Part shown: in pieces, positions 27,539 through 43,649 of the stretch
Layout of the letters: each line of letters starts with the position of its first letter
How positions within the stretch are numbered: position 1 is the stretch's first letter
From: Octopus sinensis
Lineage: Eukaryota
Assembly: GCF_006345805.1 (NCBI RefSeq)
Contig: NC_043010.1
Location: forward strand, 38,998,001-39,062,000
Length of the DNA stretch: 64,000 nt
Reading direction: 5' to 3'
Notes under the pieces: model-generated
The model's database searches: none
What the model was told of the DNA's origin: nothing
Seen by the model: the letters and a program-made list of their open reading frames with translations, nothing else
Translations under genes and position numbers: made by a program

Positions 27539-28138
27539 TGGCTGTTACGTTAAACTGTCGTTTGTCCAAATTTGGCCAAATTTGTTTTTTTTCTTTTTCA
27601 ATATTTAATTTTGCTTGCGATAGCCGTTTCTTTTGGTCAAACTATCGTTTTTCCAGCTGATTCAGATGCCAAGATCTGAAAATTGTCCAGTTGTAGTTCA
27701 ACGGTTTAGCATTTTTCAAATGTGTTATGAGTTCCACATACGACAGTTTCGCGAAAATATTTCTGACTGAAAATATGATACATGCATGCAGTTACGATTT
27801 TATGCATGCCAAAAAGTGTTATTGTTAAGATAAAACTGTTGCTAACGGCAAAAGAAAAGGAACGGTGAAATTACATTTTCGTTTTCTGAAAAAGTAAAGT
27901 TTTTGACTTACAACACTTTTGTATAATAGCAACGATATATTTTATAGGCGTAAAATTCTATATGCTTGTATATTACTAATGTTTCAATTATTGAACTGCT
28001 GTCATGACTAGGAACCGCCGGTGTTGTGTTTTCCGTATTTTGTCTGCATATTCAATTAACAATCCTTTTAAAATAGCAAATAAAGTTTTTGACATAATTT
28101 CGTCCAGCACAACGCTATACGCATATGTATATATATAT

Positions 28139-28213
<75 letters not shown>

Positions 28214-28248
28214 CTTATACATACATACATATATATATATATATACTT

Positions 28249-28301
<53 letters not shown>

Positions 28302-28460
28302 TGTGTGTGTGTATGTATATATATGACTATACATGTACTCGTATAAATACATGAGAATACATACACAGGCATACATATTTTTATATATGAATACATAAAT
28401 ATATATGTAGCCACGGTGACAGACGCTCATGTATGTCGTTAAATAAATACAAACACACAC

Positions 28461-28496
<36 letters not shown>

Positions 28497-29552
28497 GTGT
28501 GTGTGTGTGTGTGCATGTATGTATGTATGTATGTATGTATGTATGTATGTATGTATGTATGTGAGTATATATATATATCAAAATAGAATTTGTGAGATAA
28601 AACTAGATATAAAACAGACCAGAAGTTTCATAAATAATAATGTGTTTTTGGTAACAGTGTAATAACTATAATATCCTCTTTATGAAAACAATGACAGAAC
28701 CCAAACAAACAAGATGACAAGATTATTAAATCCATCATCTTGGTCGCTGAATTGTAAATTCAGATTTTTTGGACATTTTTTCTTCTAAATGTTGATCGTG
28801 ATTTCACGTCAGACAGACCAGAGTTGATATCTACTGTGACAAAAAGTTTGTCAGTTAAGCTTAAAGCTTACAGAGAGAGTCTTAGAAGCGTCTAGTTTGA
28901 AAATGAATAGACCCGCTCCCAATGATTGCCTTCCATTAACGTATTTCTTTTGTTTGTATTAAATACTATACATAAGTTAACTTTACTACAGTAAAGGAAA
29001 ACGTAATGTCATTATTTATACCTTGTTTTATACATACATACATACATACATATATACACACATGCATACATATACACCTACATACATACACACATACATA
29101 CATACATACATATATACATACACTCATACTCACACAGACACGCACACACAGACACACGCACACATATATATATATATATAACTACAAAGAGAATCTGGTT
29201 CATTCATTACAGCTGTTTCAAATGATTTTTTTATAAATTAAAATTTTTTTCATTGCACATCTCTTTATTTAATTCAATTATTTACCTGATATAGAAGCCC
29301 ATTCATCATTCGACTTATTTCCTTTGTCTTTGATTTTTACTTTTCTCCCTTCTAGTGCCCATTTGTCCTGATTTTATAAACCCCTTACGTATATGTAATT
29401 GTATTATGAAGGTGGATCAATTGTAAATGTATTAGAAGTATTGCTTGTGCGTAGATACGTGTATCGACACAGATATGAACATGTGTAAGTAATCACTTTA
29501 GTTATTGTATGCATATATGTGTATGTAAATAAACATGTATATGTATGTGTAC

Positions 29553-29590
<38 letters not shown>

Positions 29591-29591
29591 A

Positions 29592-29622
<31 letters not shown>

Positions 29623-29629
29623 ACATGCA

Positions 29630-29665
<36 letters not shown>

Positions 29666-30199
29666 GAAGTTTTCTCTGTGTGTGTGTGAGTGAGTGTGTG
29701 TGTACCGAAATTTAATGTACTTTACTAACTTGTGCATCTTTCATCCGATTTCTTTCAAACTTTTATACAAAGCTGCTTCATATCTCAGAGGCAAACACAG
29801 GCTGCTTAGATTTTGGAAAGGAAAATCGATATTGGGGCATTTAGAGCGGTGGGAACCCAACAATAGATAATTTCTAATCATTTGCATTAATCAGCTGTTT
29901 TATAATCTGTAGGGTCTTCTGTACTTTTTAAAACATTTTTTTTATAAAAGTGTAAGTATTTTGTCTATTTTTTATTTCCAGTGTCTACCAGCAACGGTGT
30001 TTAAATTGACTAGGAACACTGAAGATATGCATTTCCACAATTCTCAAATGACTTTCACCAAACTTTACACACACATTACTTATGTCCCAAGGGTGCTCAT
30101 GGACTAAACATTTTGCCCAGAGCTCCCGCGTAAATGGACATAAATGGACATAGTGTTCTTCGTATGTAAGGTCTCCCATACTTTTTAAAATCTTTTCAT

Positions 30200-31720
30200 A
30201 AATATGAAGAGATTTTTTTTATTTATATATTTCGAACGTCCACCTGCCACGGTAATTGAATTAACTAGGAACACCGTACGTGATGAATATCCGATGGGAA
30301 AACAACTGCAGGATGCCCATGAAACTTCAAATTGTCAGTCGCTACCTGTTCCTTGGTGGTACCATCAAAGGACGGAAGAAAGAACAAAGGACATTTCGAA
30401 AGAAGTAACTTTTAATGCAAAAAAAATTAAACTTCCCATATTTATCAATTCAAAATGTACAAAAAAAGTAGAAAAAAGTGCTGAATACCTACGAAAAATG
30501 TGTAAAATGAGGAAAATAAGATTCATTGAAATGAATTTTTGACATCACAAAGGAAGACGGTGCCATGAGGTTAGAAGGTTATATTATCTTCAAATTGAAT
30601 GCAAGAGACAGGTTGGGTATGGAACTGGAAAGGTAGCCAGTTTCAAAACTATCCATCCAAAAGAAGAAAAATATCCTTAATGCCAATTTCAACCAGAGCA
30701 ACTCCAGTGTCATCGTCAGGAATCCGAAAAATCAGATGAAGACACCACACAAACAAGGAGGAAGTATAGCAAAACTTGAACTGCAACCAAGTTAGTACTA
30801 TCTTCGAAGCTATCAACCCAAAAAGCAACAACTGTTTGTCGACAATTATCCCAAAATGGAATCAATGTAAAGACACCTTCCCAATCTGCTATTTACAGAA
30901 TCTGTTAAACTAAAAAAGAAGCTGAAGAAAACACTCCATTTAGAAAACTGGTCATTTCATTTTGATGGTACACGTATTGATGACCAAGAACACCAAGAGC
31001 TAGTTTTAAAGAATGAACGGTGAGAAGTTAAGTTCGAAGCACGCCAATTACCAAAGGGAAAAGCCGATACTGTTGTTAAAAGAATAACAGCTGTTTTAGA
31101 TGAATACAATTTATGGAATTGTGTAAAGATGACTGTCGCTGGCACCACAAGTGTGAAAACTGGGAAAAGAAATGGCATTACCATTCATTTCTAAAAACTG
31201 TTTGCTCAAAAGGTTTGAAAGTATCGTAATTTACTGGTTGTCAGCATCATATCTTTGACAGAGTTCTTCGTGTTGTAATGGATAACGAACTTCGAGAAAA
31301 AGGTCATCTCCCAATATTGAATATACATTCATACCAGAGCTTCTAAGTAATTGCGAGAAACTCCAGGCTAATTTCAACAATGGTGAAGAAAATATTACTG
31401 AATCAGCAGGAGGGCGAGATGACGTGAAATTTCTATTTCATTTGATCAGTTTTTCGCTTATTTGAAGAAACCGGCAGATTTCCTACTCAAAAATTACCAA
31501 ATTTAAGTAATACAAGATGGAATTCTCGAGCAATACTAGCACGTTTGACATCTATTCTTCTGCCAGAGAAATTTTGCTCTCCATATTTGTCGGTTCATCT
31601 GTTATAATTGGGCAGATTTTTGGTTTATTGACCAAATGTTTAGTGCATGTGATTATCAGAAGTTATGGAGTAGTCTCCAAGTTCATAAAAACTGCATTAT
31701 GATGTTTGTAAAAATGAGAA
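30200..31720 (+). mobile_element. hAT-related (hATm-like) transposase remnant; probable subterminal DNA ~29720-30200 and ~31720-32260
   Basis: Decayed peptides TVCRQLSQNGINVKTPSQSAIYR, WSFHFDG, KGKADTVVKRITAVLDEYNLWNCVKMTVAGTTSVKTGKRNG and FTGCQHHIFDRVLR (CxxH motif); TIRs not found; subgroup name from memory. Confidence 0.7.
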
Positions 31721-33094
31721 AATTCAGCTTCGATTTATTTTATCCAACAAAACATATTAATTATTTGTTAAGTCTAAAATTTTGCTAACATTCAGCACCC
31801 TTTTTCTTATAGAGTTATTTAAAATCTGAATTATACCTATAGAGTTAAAAATATGTATTGTTTTTAATTTTGTATGTTATCGAATGTTTTTAGTGGCCTC
31901 TGTCTTAAAATAATCTAGTTTTGAACTTTTGCATACAGAAATTTCAATTCAGTAATCTTAAAAATACATAAACATACTATTATTCTACATCTCTCTTACG
32001 TTTACAAGGATCTAGGCAGCGGAAATACTGATGTGTGAATCTAGTGCCACCTACTGATTATAGATTTAAAAAGCTCATAACTCCGAATCTATTTCAACTA
32101 GGAAGCTAAAATTTCAGTTATGATATTTCTGGATTGCATTGAATCAGCACATCAAGTTTGGTAAAAACTTGAGCAGGCGATATAAGCCACTTTAGAATTG
32201 TGCATTCTTTGGGTCAAAAGTGGTGATTGATTTTTAACTTTGGGGTTGACATTTTTTGCAAATATTCCATAAAAAATCTTAGCTACCTGACTAACCTAGA
32301 ATTATTCATCGAATTACAGTACAGTGGTTGTAAAAATATCATAACCTTAATGTATAAATACTCCTGTTTGTTGTGCGCATAAGCGATGTACATATATCAA
32401 TATAGTAATATAATTGCGTAATGGTTTAAAGGTGTCGGTAAAGTTTTTAAGTTGTAGGTACAGTTTAATATTTATTATTCAACATCTGGTCCCTGATTCA
32501 ATTGAATCTTGAACTCATATATATATATATATAAGGAAAATAGAGAGTTTAAACCAACCTATGTTAATTTATTAACATAATATTAATAATATCAGTAGAT
32601 GAATAATGATTTTAAGTATAACTATCAGATTATATAATTTTATCTTAAACGCATTTAACAGAAAATGATTTAGTACATATACAAATAAATTTATCGTAAG
32701 ATTTTTTCGTAATTTTAGTTAATTGTTTACCTACTTAAGAAGAGGTAGCTAGTTCTTTGTATTCGTTTTAAATCTTAGTAATAATACATGAATATAAATT
32801 TAGTGATTATTTATTCATTATTATATTGACGTAAACTTTTATATAAACACATTTGCCATAAGTTTATAACTATTAGATAACGTTTTTTAAAGATGTGTAT
32901 AGATCATTTCTATCATGGATCATATCTATCTTGCAATTCTACTGGGTTTTTTTCCGAACGTATAGGTACATACACATAAATATAAACATATAAATTAACA
33001 TGAGCTTATAGTTTATTTTCTTTAAAATAGAAACAATAAACATAAGTAACTTTCGATTGAATAATTATATGTATGCATAAGTACAGATAATAAT

Positions 33095-33130
<36 letters not shown>

Positions 33131-33137
<7 letters not shown>

Positions 33138-33400
33138 ATTGCATGCCATCCGAGAGACACTGGGGTAAAATATACGAAGTCCAGTTACCCCTCATGACTA
33201 CCCATCTGATAAGGGTACACCAGGCACAAGCATCACAACTATATGCGCGTGACATAGTGATCTCATTTCAAGTCAAACAACGCATGATATTGCAGGTGGG
33301 GCCCTTCTTCATGTCGAGTAGCCATCCCTCTCAAAAGACAAAACAATGTACATGATAACACTTCGACTTAGTTAATATGAGGAGCCATGAAAGCCGCTAC
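33131..33400 (-). mobile_element. Internally deleted copy of the ~540-bp (TAA)n-associated element
   Basis: gacactggggtaaaatatacgaag..tgataagggtacaccaggcac..agacaaaacaatgtacatgataacac matches 42185-42683. Confidence 0.85.
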
Positions 33401-33402
33401 TT

Positions 33403-35750
<2,348 letters not shown>

Positions 35751-35769
35751 CCCTTGAATGAAATACTAC

Positions 35770-35925
35770 AGAAAACAAAGTTGGGGTTTGATTACGGAAA
35801 TTTCGCCGAGATCAACTTTACTCTACAACCTTTCGGGGTTGATAAACTTAGAACTAGTGAAATATTTGGGGTCGATGGAGTCGACTAGTCGTCCTCTCCC
35901 GAAAAATTTCAGTAGAAAGGATTAT
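35770..35925 (+). mobile_element. Family C SINE fragment, degenerate
   Basis: aatttcgccgagatcaactttactctacaacctttcggggttgataaa..ggggtcgatggagtcgact. Confidence 0.7.
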
Positions 35926-36628
35926 CATCATTATTGCTTTGGTTTGATCCTTACTACCGCACTCACTACTCCTATAGTCAAAATCCTTACCGGTACTACT
36001 ACAATCATTCGTACGACATTCATATAAGCTTTTACTCTCATTATTTACGGAAATACCAATACTACCGATACACTTCCTCTTATTGTAAAAATTATTATTG
36101 TAATTACTACCGTTGCCTTTATGGCCGTTAGCCTTAATTGGGTTTCTACCACCATTCCAATTGTCGCTATTATATTCGATGCACTTCAGAATTTCAGATA
36201 TTATTCGTATCCCCAAGTCGCCTAGTATTCATACTTTTATTATCAGTCCACTACTGAGGATATTATAATCATATTTATTATTATTCCCCTACTTTTTTTT
36301 ACTTCCAATTTTGCCATTTCCCCTAATAGAATGCATGTTATTATGAATAATAGAATCCTTAGCATTAGTGCAACCAGCAGGCTTATTAATTTCCTGGGGA
36401 TATTCGATACATTGCTTGATACATGGCTTGCCCGTTCTAGACAATGCAGAGCTATACTAGTGAGCATATACATTAAATATTGCTTTTACATGTACAAGGA
36501 ATTGTATAGAAGTATCTGTATATGCAGGTATATGTATGGATGTGTTTGTGTATGACATATACACAAATATATTGAACACTGTTGTGTGACCTGATTGTTA
36601 AAATACCTAGATCGAATCAATCTTTCAA

Positions 36629-36701
<73 letters not shown>

Positions 36702-36855
36702 ATAGTGAGAGAGAGAGCGATAGAGAGAGAGAGCGAGAGATATGTATATACATGTGAGTGTATATATATCTATGTATGTGTACTGTGTGTGTCTGTATGT
36801 GTGTGTCTAGTCAAAAGATGAGAACCAGAGATTCTCAAGATCAAAAACGACTTAC

Positions 36856-36993
36856 TAGGTCAGATTTTTATGTCTCCTTCCTGAAAATGAAGGCCGGATC
36901 TATCCAATGTTTATTTGATTCCCTCACTGGTGGCGTATTTCTTTGAACTACATCTGCCAACATTGTGAAGTATCTTCGAGCCGCCACAAAAAG
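36856..36993 (-). other. Candidate exon (LFVAARRYFTMLADVVQRNTPPVRESNKHWIDPAFIFRKET*KSDL)
   Basis: Acceptor gttttcag| and donor |gtaagt, 138 nt (multiple of 3), but an in-frame TAA at codon 42. Confidence 0.3.
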
Positions 36994-37540
36994 CTGAAAA
37001 CTTCAACCCATTAATTTTCTGGCTTTTTAAAATCTAAGTTTGCTCCATTAATATATAAATGTCTATATATTTACACTTCAATATTCCTCGTCTGATAATT
37101 TCCAGTTTTGGGATTTCTCTCTATTTACATGAATACATGTATATATATATTTGCATATTATACCTGAGCAGTTTTAGTTGTTTATTTGCATCCTTACTCT
37201 CTCTCTCTCTCCGCCTCTCTCGCCCCCACTCAGACTCTGTCCCTCCATCTCTTTCGTCCTTGCGACTGTTTGTTGCCACCTATGCAGCGTCTATTCAGAA
37301 TACAATAGGATGCAATTGTAAAATGGTTCTTTGGCTTTCTTATATTTCCACATTTTATTACATCAGTATATTGTATTAGGGTATCAAAATATACACACCG
37401 GAACGACTATAAATATATGCGCCTGCTAATACTTTGCATCTGCCACATCCTCGCGTTGTTGTTTTCTTGTGTTTTCCTCGTTGTTTTGGATTATATATAT
37501 ATACGTATATATGTATATATATATATGTATACATATATAC

Positions 37541-37630
<90 letters not shown>

Positions 37631-37733
37631 ATATATCTATATATATATATATATATCTATATATATCTATATATATATATATTATATATATGTATATATA
37701 TATGTATATATATGTAAATATATATGTATATAT

Positions 37734-37777
<44 letters not shown>

Positions 37778-37779
37778 AT

Positions 37780-37814
<35 letters not shown>

Positions 37815-38689
37815 TGTGTGTCTGCATGTGTACATGCGTTGTAACGTTTATAGTATTCGTCATTTTCATCTCCTTGTTCTTGTTCTTGTTGATGTTGTTC
37901 TTCTTCTCTCCTTCCTCTTCTTCTTACTATTATTATTAAATTATGATTAGTAATGTATGATAATCATCACCGTTATTGTATCTTTTGATATTTTCTAGAT
38001 TTTGTGGGACATTTATTTTAAATATCTCTCAAGCAAAGTATTTTTTTTTTATACCTTATCACAACTTGTATATTTCCAAACATTTTTGCATATATATAAA
38101 TGTACAAATACGAAAATTTGATGCAGCACATATATAATTCAAGCTTAAACGAATTGCTAAAATATGCCATTTAAAGCACATTTATGAATACAAATGTATC
38201 AAAATAATATTTGCAGAGAATATTTCTTCGAATCAACATAAGAAAACACAAATATTTAACAACGTTGGCAATTTATAGCTTTTATAACGTTTCATATTAT
38301 TATCTTACAAACATTACGGGTATTGTTATAGTTTTGTTGTCGTTCTTGTAGTTGTTGATAATTTTTGAATTATATATGGATTTTGGCAAAACATTTCTTA
38401 CAGAAATATCACATAATTTTACAGAGGTAATTTACAATGAATTATTCATTGCATAATGTAATGTAAGCACATTTAATAATACCTTTCTTAGTAGCATTTC
38501 TTCCGACTTTGCGTCCATAATTCATATATAACCGGGGTCGGCTTCGTATTTCATCGTTTCGGAATTGATAAAAAAAGTATCGGTTTAGGGCTGGGATCGA
38601 TGTAATCGACTTGCCCTTACCCTCAAAAATGTTGTCTTCGTGGTAAATTTTGAAAACATTATTATATATTTCTTATTATTTCTATTTAT

Positions 38690-41420
38690 CCCAGGTGTTA
38701 TTGGATCTCCTGGAGTCTTACATGCATAGAGGGCATGCTACCTGCAGCCTACGGGTGTGTGCTATCCATTCTTACCAGCTATCAAATATTTTCCTGATTA
38801 TTCAGGCCAATACCTTCTGATACTGTTCCCAAGGACCCAACAATAATTGGCACTTCAGCTTCTTCATTTTCCATAGCCGGGATATTTCGTACTTAAGAGG
38901 GTTGTATCTATCTTTCTATCTTTTCGTTTTCCTTTTGAATATTCGTGGGTCAAAGAGGTATGCAGGATCACCTATATAGCATGTCATCTATATAGCATAT
39001 CATTTATATAGCATATGTGGTGCACTTTGTCCACCACTAGGTTCAGTCTGCTATGCTCTAGCGCTTGATTTGTTTGGACTGGGAAATACCTGAGGATTTT
39101 GCTAGACTCCGACTCTGCTACTATCTGCAGTTTGTTGTCATACCACGTGTTGCCTCTTATATCACCCACATTCGCACAGTTTCCAATGCAGCACTTTCGC
39201 TCCTTGATCGTGTTGCCACAACTTGTATTGATTTTTGGCGAAATCTAGGGCATTCGTTCGTGATATGAGCAATGGCTTCATCCACTCTGTTGCAGATTCA
39301 ACACAGCGGAGACTTTCCCTTTCCTAAGCTTGACCTTCCAGTTCGTGGCCAAAGCGTGGCCCTGCGCTGCCAGTATAGTGATTTCGGTCTCCTTTTTTAG
39401 GGTTCCTTTCATCAAGCAATCCCACCTATTTTTGTTCCAGCCACTTCTATTGTAGCTACATAGAATTGATTGTGTAGTCCCTCCTTGTGTAATTCTTCCT
39501 CATGTCCATTTTGTACTTCTTCCTTTGTTTTTCCCGTTCTCTCTGCTTTCAATACACTCGTCTCTAACTGTCACAAGCAAGGTTTCCTTACTTTGGGCTA
39601 GGTATCTCATTAAGCTCTTGAGTTCGATACACACGCAGTCTTCCACCTCTTCTTTGGTTGCTCTCTTCATGCACGGGCGATTAGTGTCTGTACGTGGAAG
39701 ATGGGATCTATGCATCGATAGGATCGTTATTGACTTCCTGACAATCTCCTTTAGCTACTCCGGTGTCCACTTCAGGTTTCCAGCCTCATACCGAACTAGT
39801 GCGACAGCGTGCGAGTTTATATCTTCTGGAATTTCGCTTTGAAGTTAATATTTTTCTCACTCACCGCAGGTACTCTCTTTTTATCATTTTCTTAAATGTC
39901 GTGGTGTTTGATGCCATTTGCCTCAAGTATTCCCAGGTATTTATAGCTGGATTGAGGTTGAATTTCCTTCATCATTTCACCACTTGAAAACCATATGCCT
40001 TCTCCCCTGGCAAGCTTTCTTCATCTCAGCGCCTTCGAGCACATTTTGAGAGTCTCAACTTCATCTTAATATCATTGGAGAAAATCCGCACATATTGGAC
40101 TAGGCTGTCCAGTTCTGTCTCGGCTTTTGTGAATAGCTTCAGGTGATCCATGAATAGCAAGTGGTTTACTTTTCCCTTACATCCTCCTAGATCATACCCC
40201 AATTTTGTTTTCTGTTTTATTTCACTCAAGCACGAATATCAGCACGATATACACCAGCACGAAGATTAGTGGGGACACACTGTCTACCTGGAAGATTGCT
40301 CTCTTGATTTTCACCTCTCCTAGTACTTGCTTCCCTATTGTCAATTCCGTTCTCCAGTATTTCATGCCATTCTGTATAAGGCTTCGCATATTCTCTGCTA
40401 TTCCATACAGTTCCATTGTTTTATTATCCAGGAGAATGGTATCATATAGTTTGCTTTGCGATAGTCAACCCATGCCAAACTCGGGTTTGTACGCCTTCTC
40501 TTGCAGTTCTTGATAATTATATCATCAATTAAATGTTGATCCTTCGTTCCCCGGTTGCCTTTTCAGCACCCTTTCTGTTAAATGGTTAGCAGGCCACTTT
40601 TTTTCCAAGTATCTGTACAGTTCACCGACTAAAGCGCCTGACATAAGTTTCCACATTAGAGGAAGGCATGCTATTGGTCTAAAGTTGGATGCAGCATTTC
40701 CCTTTTTAGGATCCTTGGCACATAACAATATATTTTCCTTTGTCATCCGGCTGAGTACAGCGCTTTCATGCAAGCACCCATTTAGCTGTTGTGCTTCACT
40801 TTATGAAGCCCTCTCAACTTCTTCATCAAATAGGTTGAACCCCATCCAGTCCTGTGTTCTTCCAAAATGGGAAATGTTATTAACTGATTTTTAAAATTAT
40901 TTCTATAGTTATATTTATGTATTGGACTTCTATATTTCTTGACCTGTCTTAGATTTCATGCAGCCACTTCGCGTCATCATTATGCTCTATAAGTTGGTGC
41001 AGAATGCCTTCCTCTGCCTCTGCTATCATTGTTACATATATTTGCCCATCTAGTTCCTGAAACAGCTTCTGATTTGCTTCAAACAATCTGTTTTGCCTCA
41101 ACTGTTTTTTATTCTGCTGTTATATCTCTCCAGTTTTGCTTTGATTGCTACTACTCTTTGTTCCAACTCTTCCAATATCACATCATAACTTTATCTATTA
41201 TTCTATATGTTTTTTCCCTTAATTTATTCTCATGTTACTGTTCTGCAATTCCCCTCTTTTCAATCTATCAACTTCTACTAAATATTTTTAAAACTTTGTT
41301 TCTCACAAATTCCTAGAAGCCAGTATGGTTCCTTTCTTTGTATCCAATTCTATCTGCCGCAACCAAAGCTGCAGCTCAAATAATCTTGTTAGTTTCAGTT
41401 ATATATTGGCTGCCACAGAA
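38690..41420 (-). mobile_element. R4/Dong-like LINE, 5'-truncated, RT through RLE endonuclease to ORF end, decayed
   Basis: ASNFRPIACLPLMWKL, GCKGKVNHLLFMDHLKLF, ETEITILAAQGHAL, VLHWKLCEC and VPIIVG(A)LGTVS; many stops. Confidence 0.92.
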
Positions 41421-41428
41421 GTCAGAAT

Positions 41429-41528
41429 CCAACGGTGGTCGAGCACGGGTCAATCATAAGAGATAGAGGAACGAACGCGAAAAACCGTTGACCTCGAATC
41501 GACAGAGAATTGTGTCTACAGCTGATAT
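41429..41528 (+). other. Short 28S-like segment followed by (GAT)(AAT)n
   Basis: 23/24 identity to 18082-18105 (ccaacggYggtcgagcacgggtca); 3' 39 nt shared with 42714-42751 (3 mismatches). Confidence 0.6.
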
Positions 41529-41552
41529 GATGATGATGATAATAATAATAAC

Positions 41553-41592
<40 letters not shown>

Positions 41593-42134
41593 TACCAGGC
41601 AGTGGCTCTCATGGCTTCTGATCTTAACTGATTGGAAGTGTTATCATGTACATTGTTTTGTCTTGGTATAAAAGATGGGCTACAGCAAATATTCTGCTCA
41701 ATACCACAGATTTGCTTGTCAGTTGTTTGACCGTAACCAGTTGAGCATGTCCCTTAGTGGCTGACGATATGTGCATCTCTGATCACGAGCAGAAGTAGTG
41801 GGGGAGCATCATAGCCATGTGTTGAGAGGGATTCTTTGGGGTTTGAATAGTTCACCTCTGGAAACATGGGTGGTTCTTTCAACATCCTTAAACAACCCTT
41901 ATTCAGGGACCGTTTGAGCGGGATGGGCTACTCAACCTGAAGAAAATTCTAACTGGGCCCCACCTGCAAGGTCATGTGCTGTTTATCTTGATATGAGATC
42001 ACCATGTCGCGCACATATGGTTGTGATGCATGTGCCTGGTGTACCTTATCAGACGGGTAGTCATGATGGGTATATTGGGCTTCGTATATTTTACCCCAGT
42101 GTCACTTTGATGGCATGAACTGCTCTCTCACTCA
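41593..42134 (+). mobile_element. ~540-bp non-coding element flanked by (TAA)n on both sides
   Basis: taccaggcagtggctctcatggc...ctctctcactca between TAA runs; three copies in the window. Confidence 0.85.
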
Positions 42135-42184
42135 ATAATAATAATAATAATAATAATTTTTATTGTTGTTGTTGTTATTATTAT

Positions 42185-42683
42185 TGAGTGAGAGAGCAGT
42201 GCATGTCATCAAAGTGACACTGGGGTAAAATATACGAAGCCCAGTTTACCCATCTTGACTACCCCTCTGATAAGGGTACACCAAGCACATGCATCACAAC
42301 CATACGTACGTGACATGGCGATCACATATCAAGATAAACAGCGCATGGCCTTGCACGTGGGGCTCAGTTAGAAATTTCTTCTGGTCGGGTAGCCCATCCA
42401 ACTCAAAACGTTTCTGAATAAGGATTGTTTAAGGATGTAGTATGGATGAATTAGCCAAACATCTAAGAATTCCTTTCAAGAAACGGGTATGAGGTTCCCC
42501 CACTACTTCTGCTCGTGATCAGAGATGCACATATGGTCAGCCACTAAGGGACATGGTCAATTGGTTAAGGAAAATAACTGACAGGCAAATATGTCGCCCA
42601 TCTTTTATACCAAGACAAAACAATGTACATGATAGCAATTCCAATCAGTTAAGATCAGAAGCCATGAGAGCCACTGTCTGGTA
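42185..42683 (-). mobile_element. Second, diverged copy of the ~540-bp element, tail-to-tail with 41593-42134
   Basis: Reverse complement colinear over most of its length. Confidence 0.85.
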
Positions 42684-42748
42684 CTGCCTCAGGGCAGTGG
42701 TCGCAAAATCAGCGACCTCGCATCGACAGAGAATTGTCTCTACAGCTA

Positions 42749-42794
<46 letters not shown>

Positions 42795-42829
42795 TGTTAT
42801 TGTTGTTGTTATAATTATTATTATTAGTT

Positions 42830-43110
42830 TATGATTTGACTCAGGTTCAATTATATTCCTGGTGAATTTATGTGGTAGTGTGTTACTATCTATAACCTTA
42901 GGTATCCACAATTTTTCAATATTTCAAGAGGTTAAAACTCTCTTGCTAATCTGTCCTGTACCTAAGAGGAAAACTTTCTGTAGACGCTCTAAAGGAGATT
43001 CTATTACAATCTCTTCCAACTATTTTCTATATCTTTACTCAACGTCCTCAATGCACCAATTATTACAGGCACCATCATTACAGTTGTCGTACTCCAATTT
43101 CTAGCAATTT
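42830..43110 (-). mobile_element. R4/Dong-like LINE extreme 3' end with (TAA)n tail
   Basis: MVPVIIGALRTLSKDIE..LERLQKVFLLGTGQISKRVL*, short UTR, then TAA repeats on the minus strand. Confidence 0.85.
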
Positions 43111-43649
43111 TGAATTTTAAGGGATTGTATTTTTTAAAAAAATGTCGTCCTCTTTCTTTACAATCCTGAAATCAAACGGACATGATGAATTAATTAGTAA
43201 CCAAATTCTCTTTTCCTTCTCTATTATTTTTATGACTGGTTTATTATTTTCTAGCTTCTTATCCGTATTTTTTATTCCTCGGGAATGTATTTTTTAAAAA
43301 CATCAACAGCGAGCTGGCAGAAACGTTAACGCGCCGGGCGATATGCTTGTCGGCATTTCGTCTGGTAGCTTGCTTACTTCCGGTTACCCAGAATACAACA
43401 CTAGTTGCTGTGGAGCGTTACAGTGAAAAGAGGCGGGCTTTCGCTCCATGAATAGAAAAAAAGAACAAAAAGAAAAATTGTCAATTATGGCTCGCTCTAG
43501 AGAGCAAAAATATTCTTCATTGGTGTGGCATATCTCGCTAGAGAAGGTGGAGTGTACCAAACTGGAGTACTTCAAGAAGAACCCCGACTATTGGATTACT
43601 TGTTGGGGTATTATACGAAGGATTCCCTGTCTGTTCAATTTGTGAGGTT

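Noticed and set aside
27988-28120. Protein-like tail [25 protein letters not shown]...
   Set aside because: No polypyrimidine acceptor; begins in a microsatellite
30921-30960. CTGAAGA...GAAA...GTC
   Set aside because: Inside the transposase reading frame, no pairing; coincidental
35854-36216. N/S-rich 120-aa ORF
   Set aside because: Decayed ACT/ATT trinucleotide-like low-complexity DNA plus a SINE fragment
42695-42751. HDV-like ribozyme reading (cctcgc loop, P4-like hairpin, gctaat)
   Set aside because: Could not build P1/P1' and P2 consistently in both copies; 28S similarity is the simpler explanation
43505-43640. Plus-strand open stretch RAKIFFIGVAYLAREGGVYQTG... with gtgagg donor
   Set aside because: Weak acceptor and adjacent to retroelement debris; not supportable
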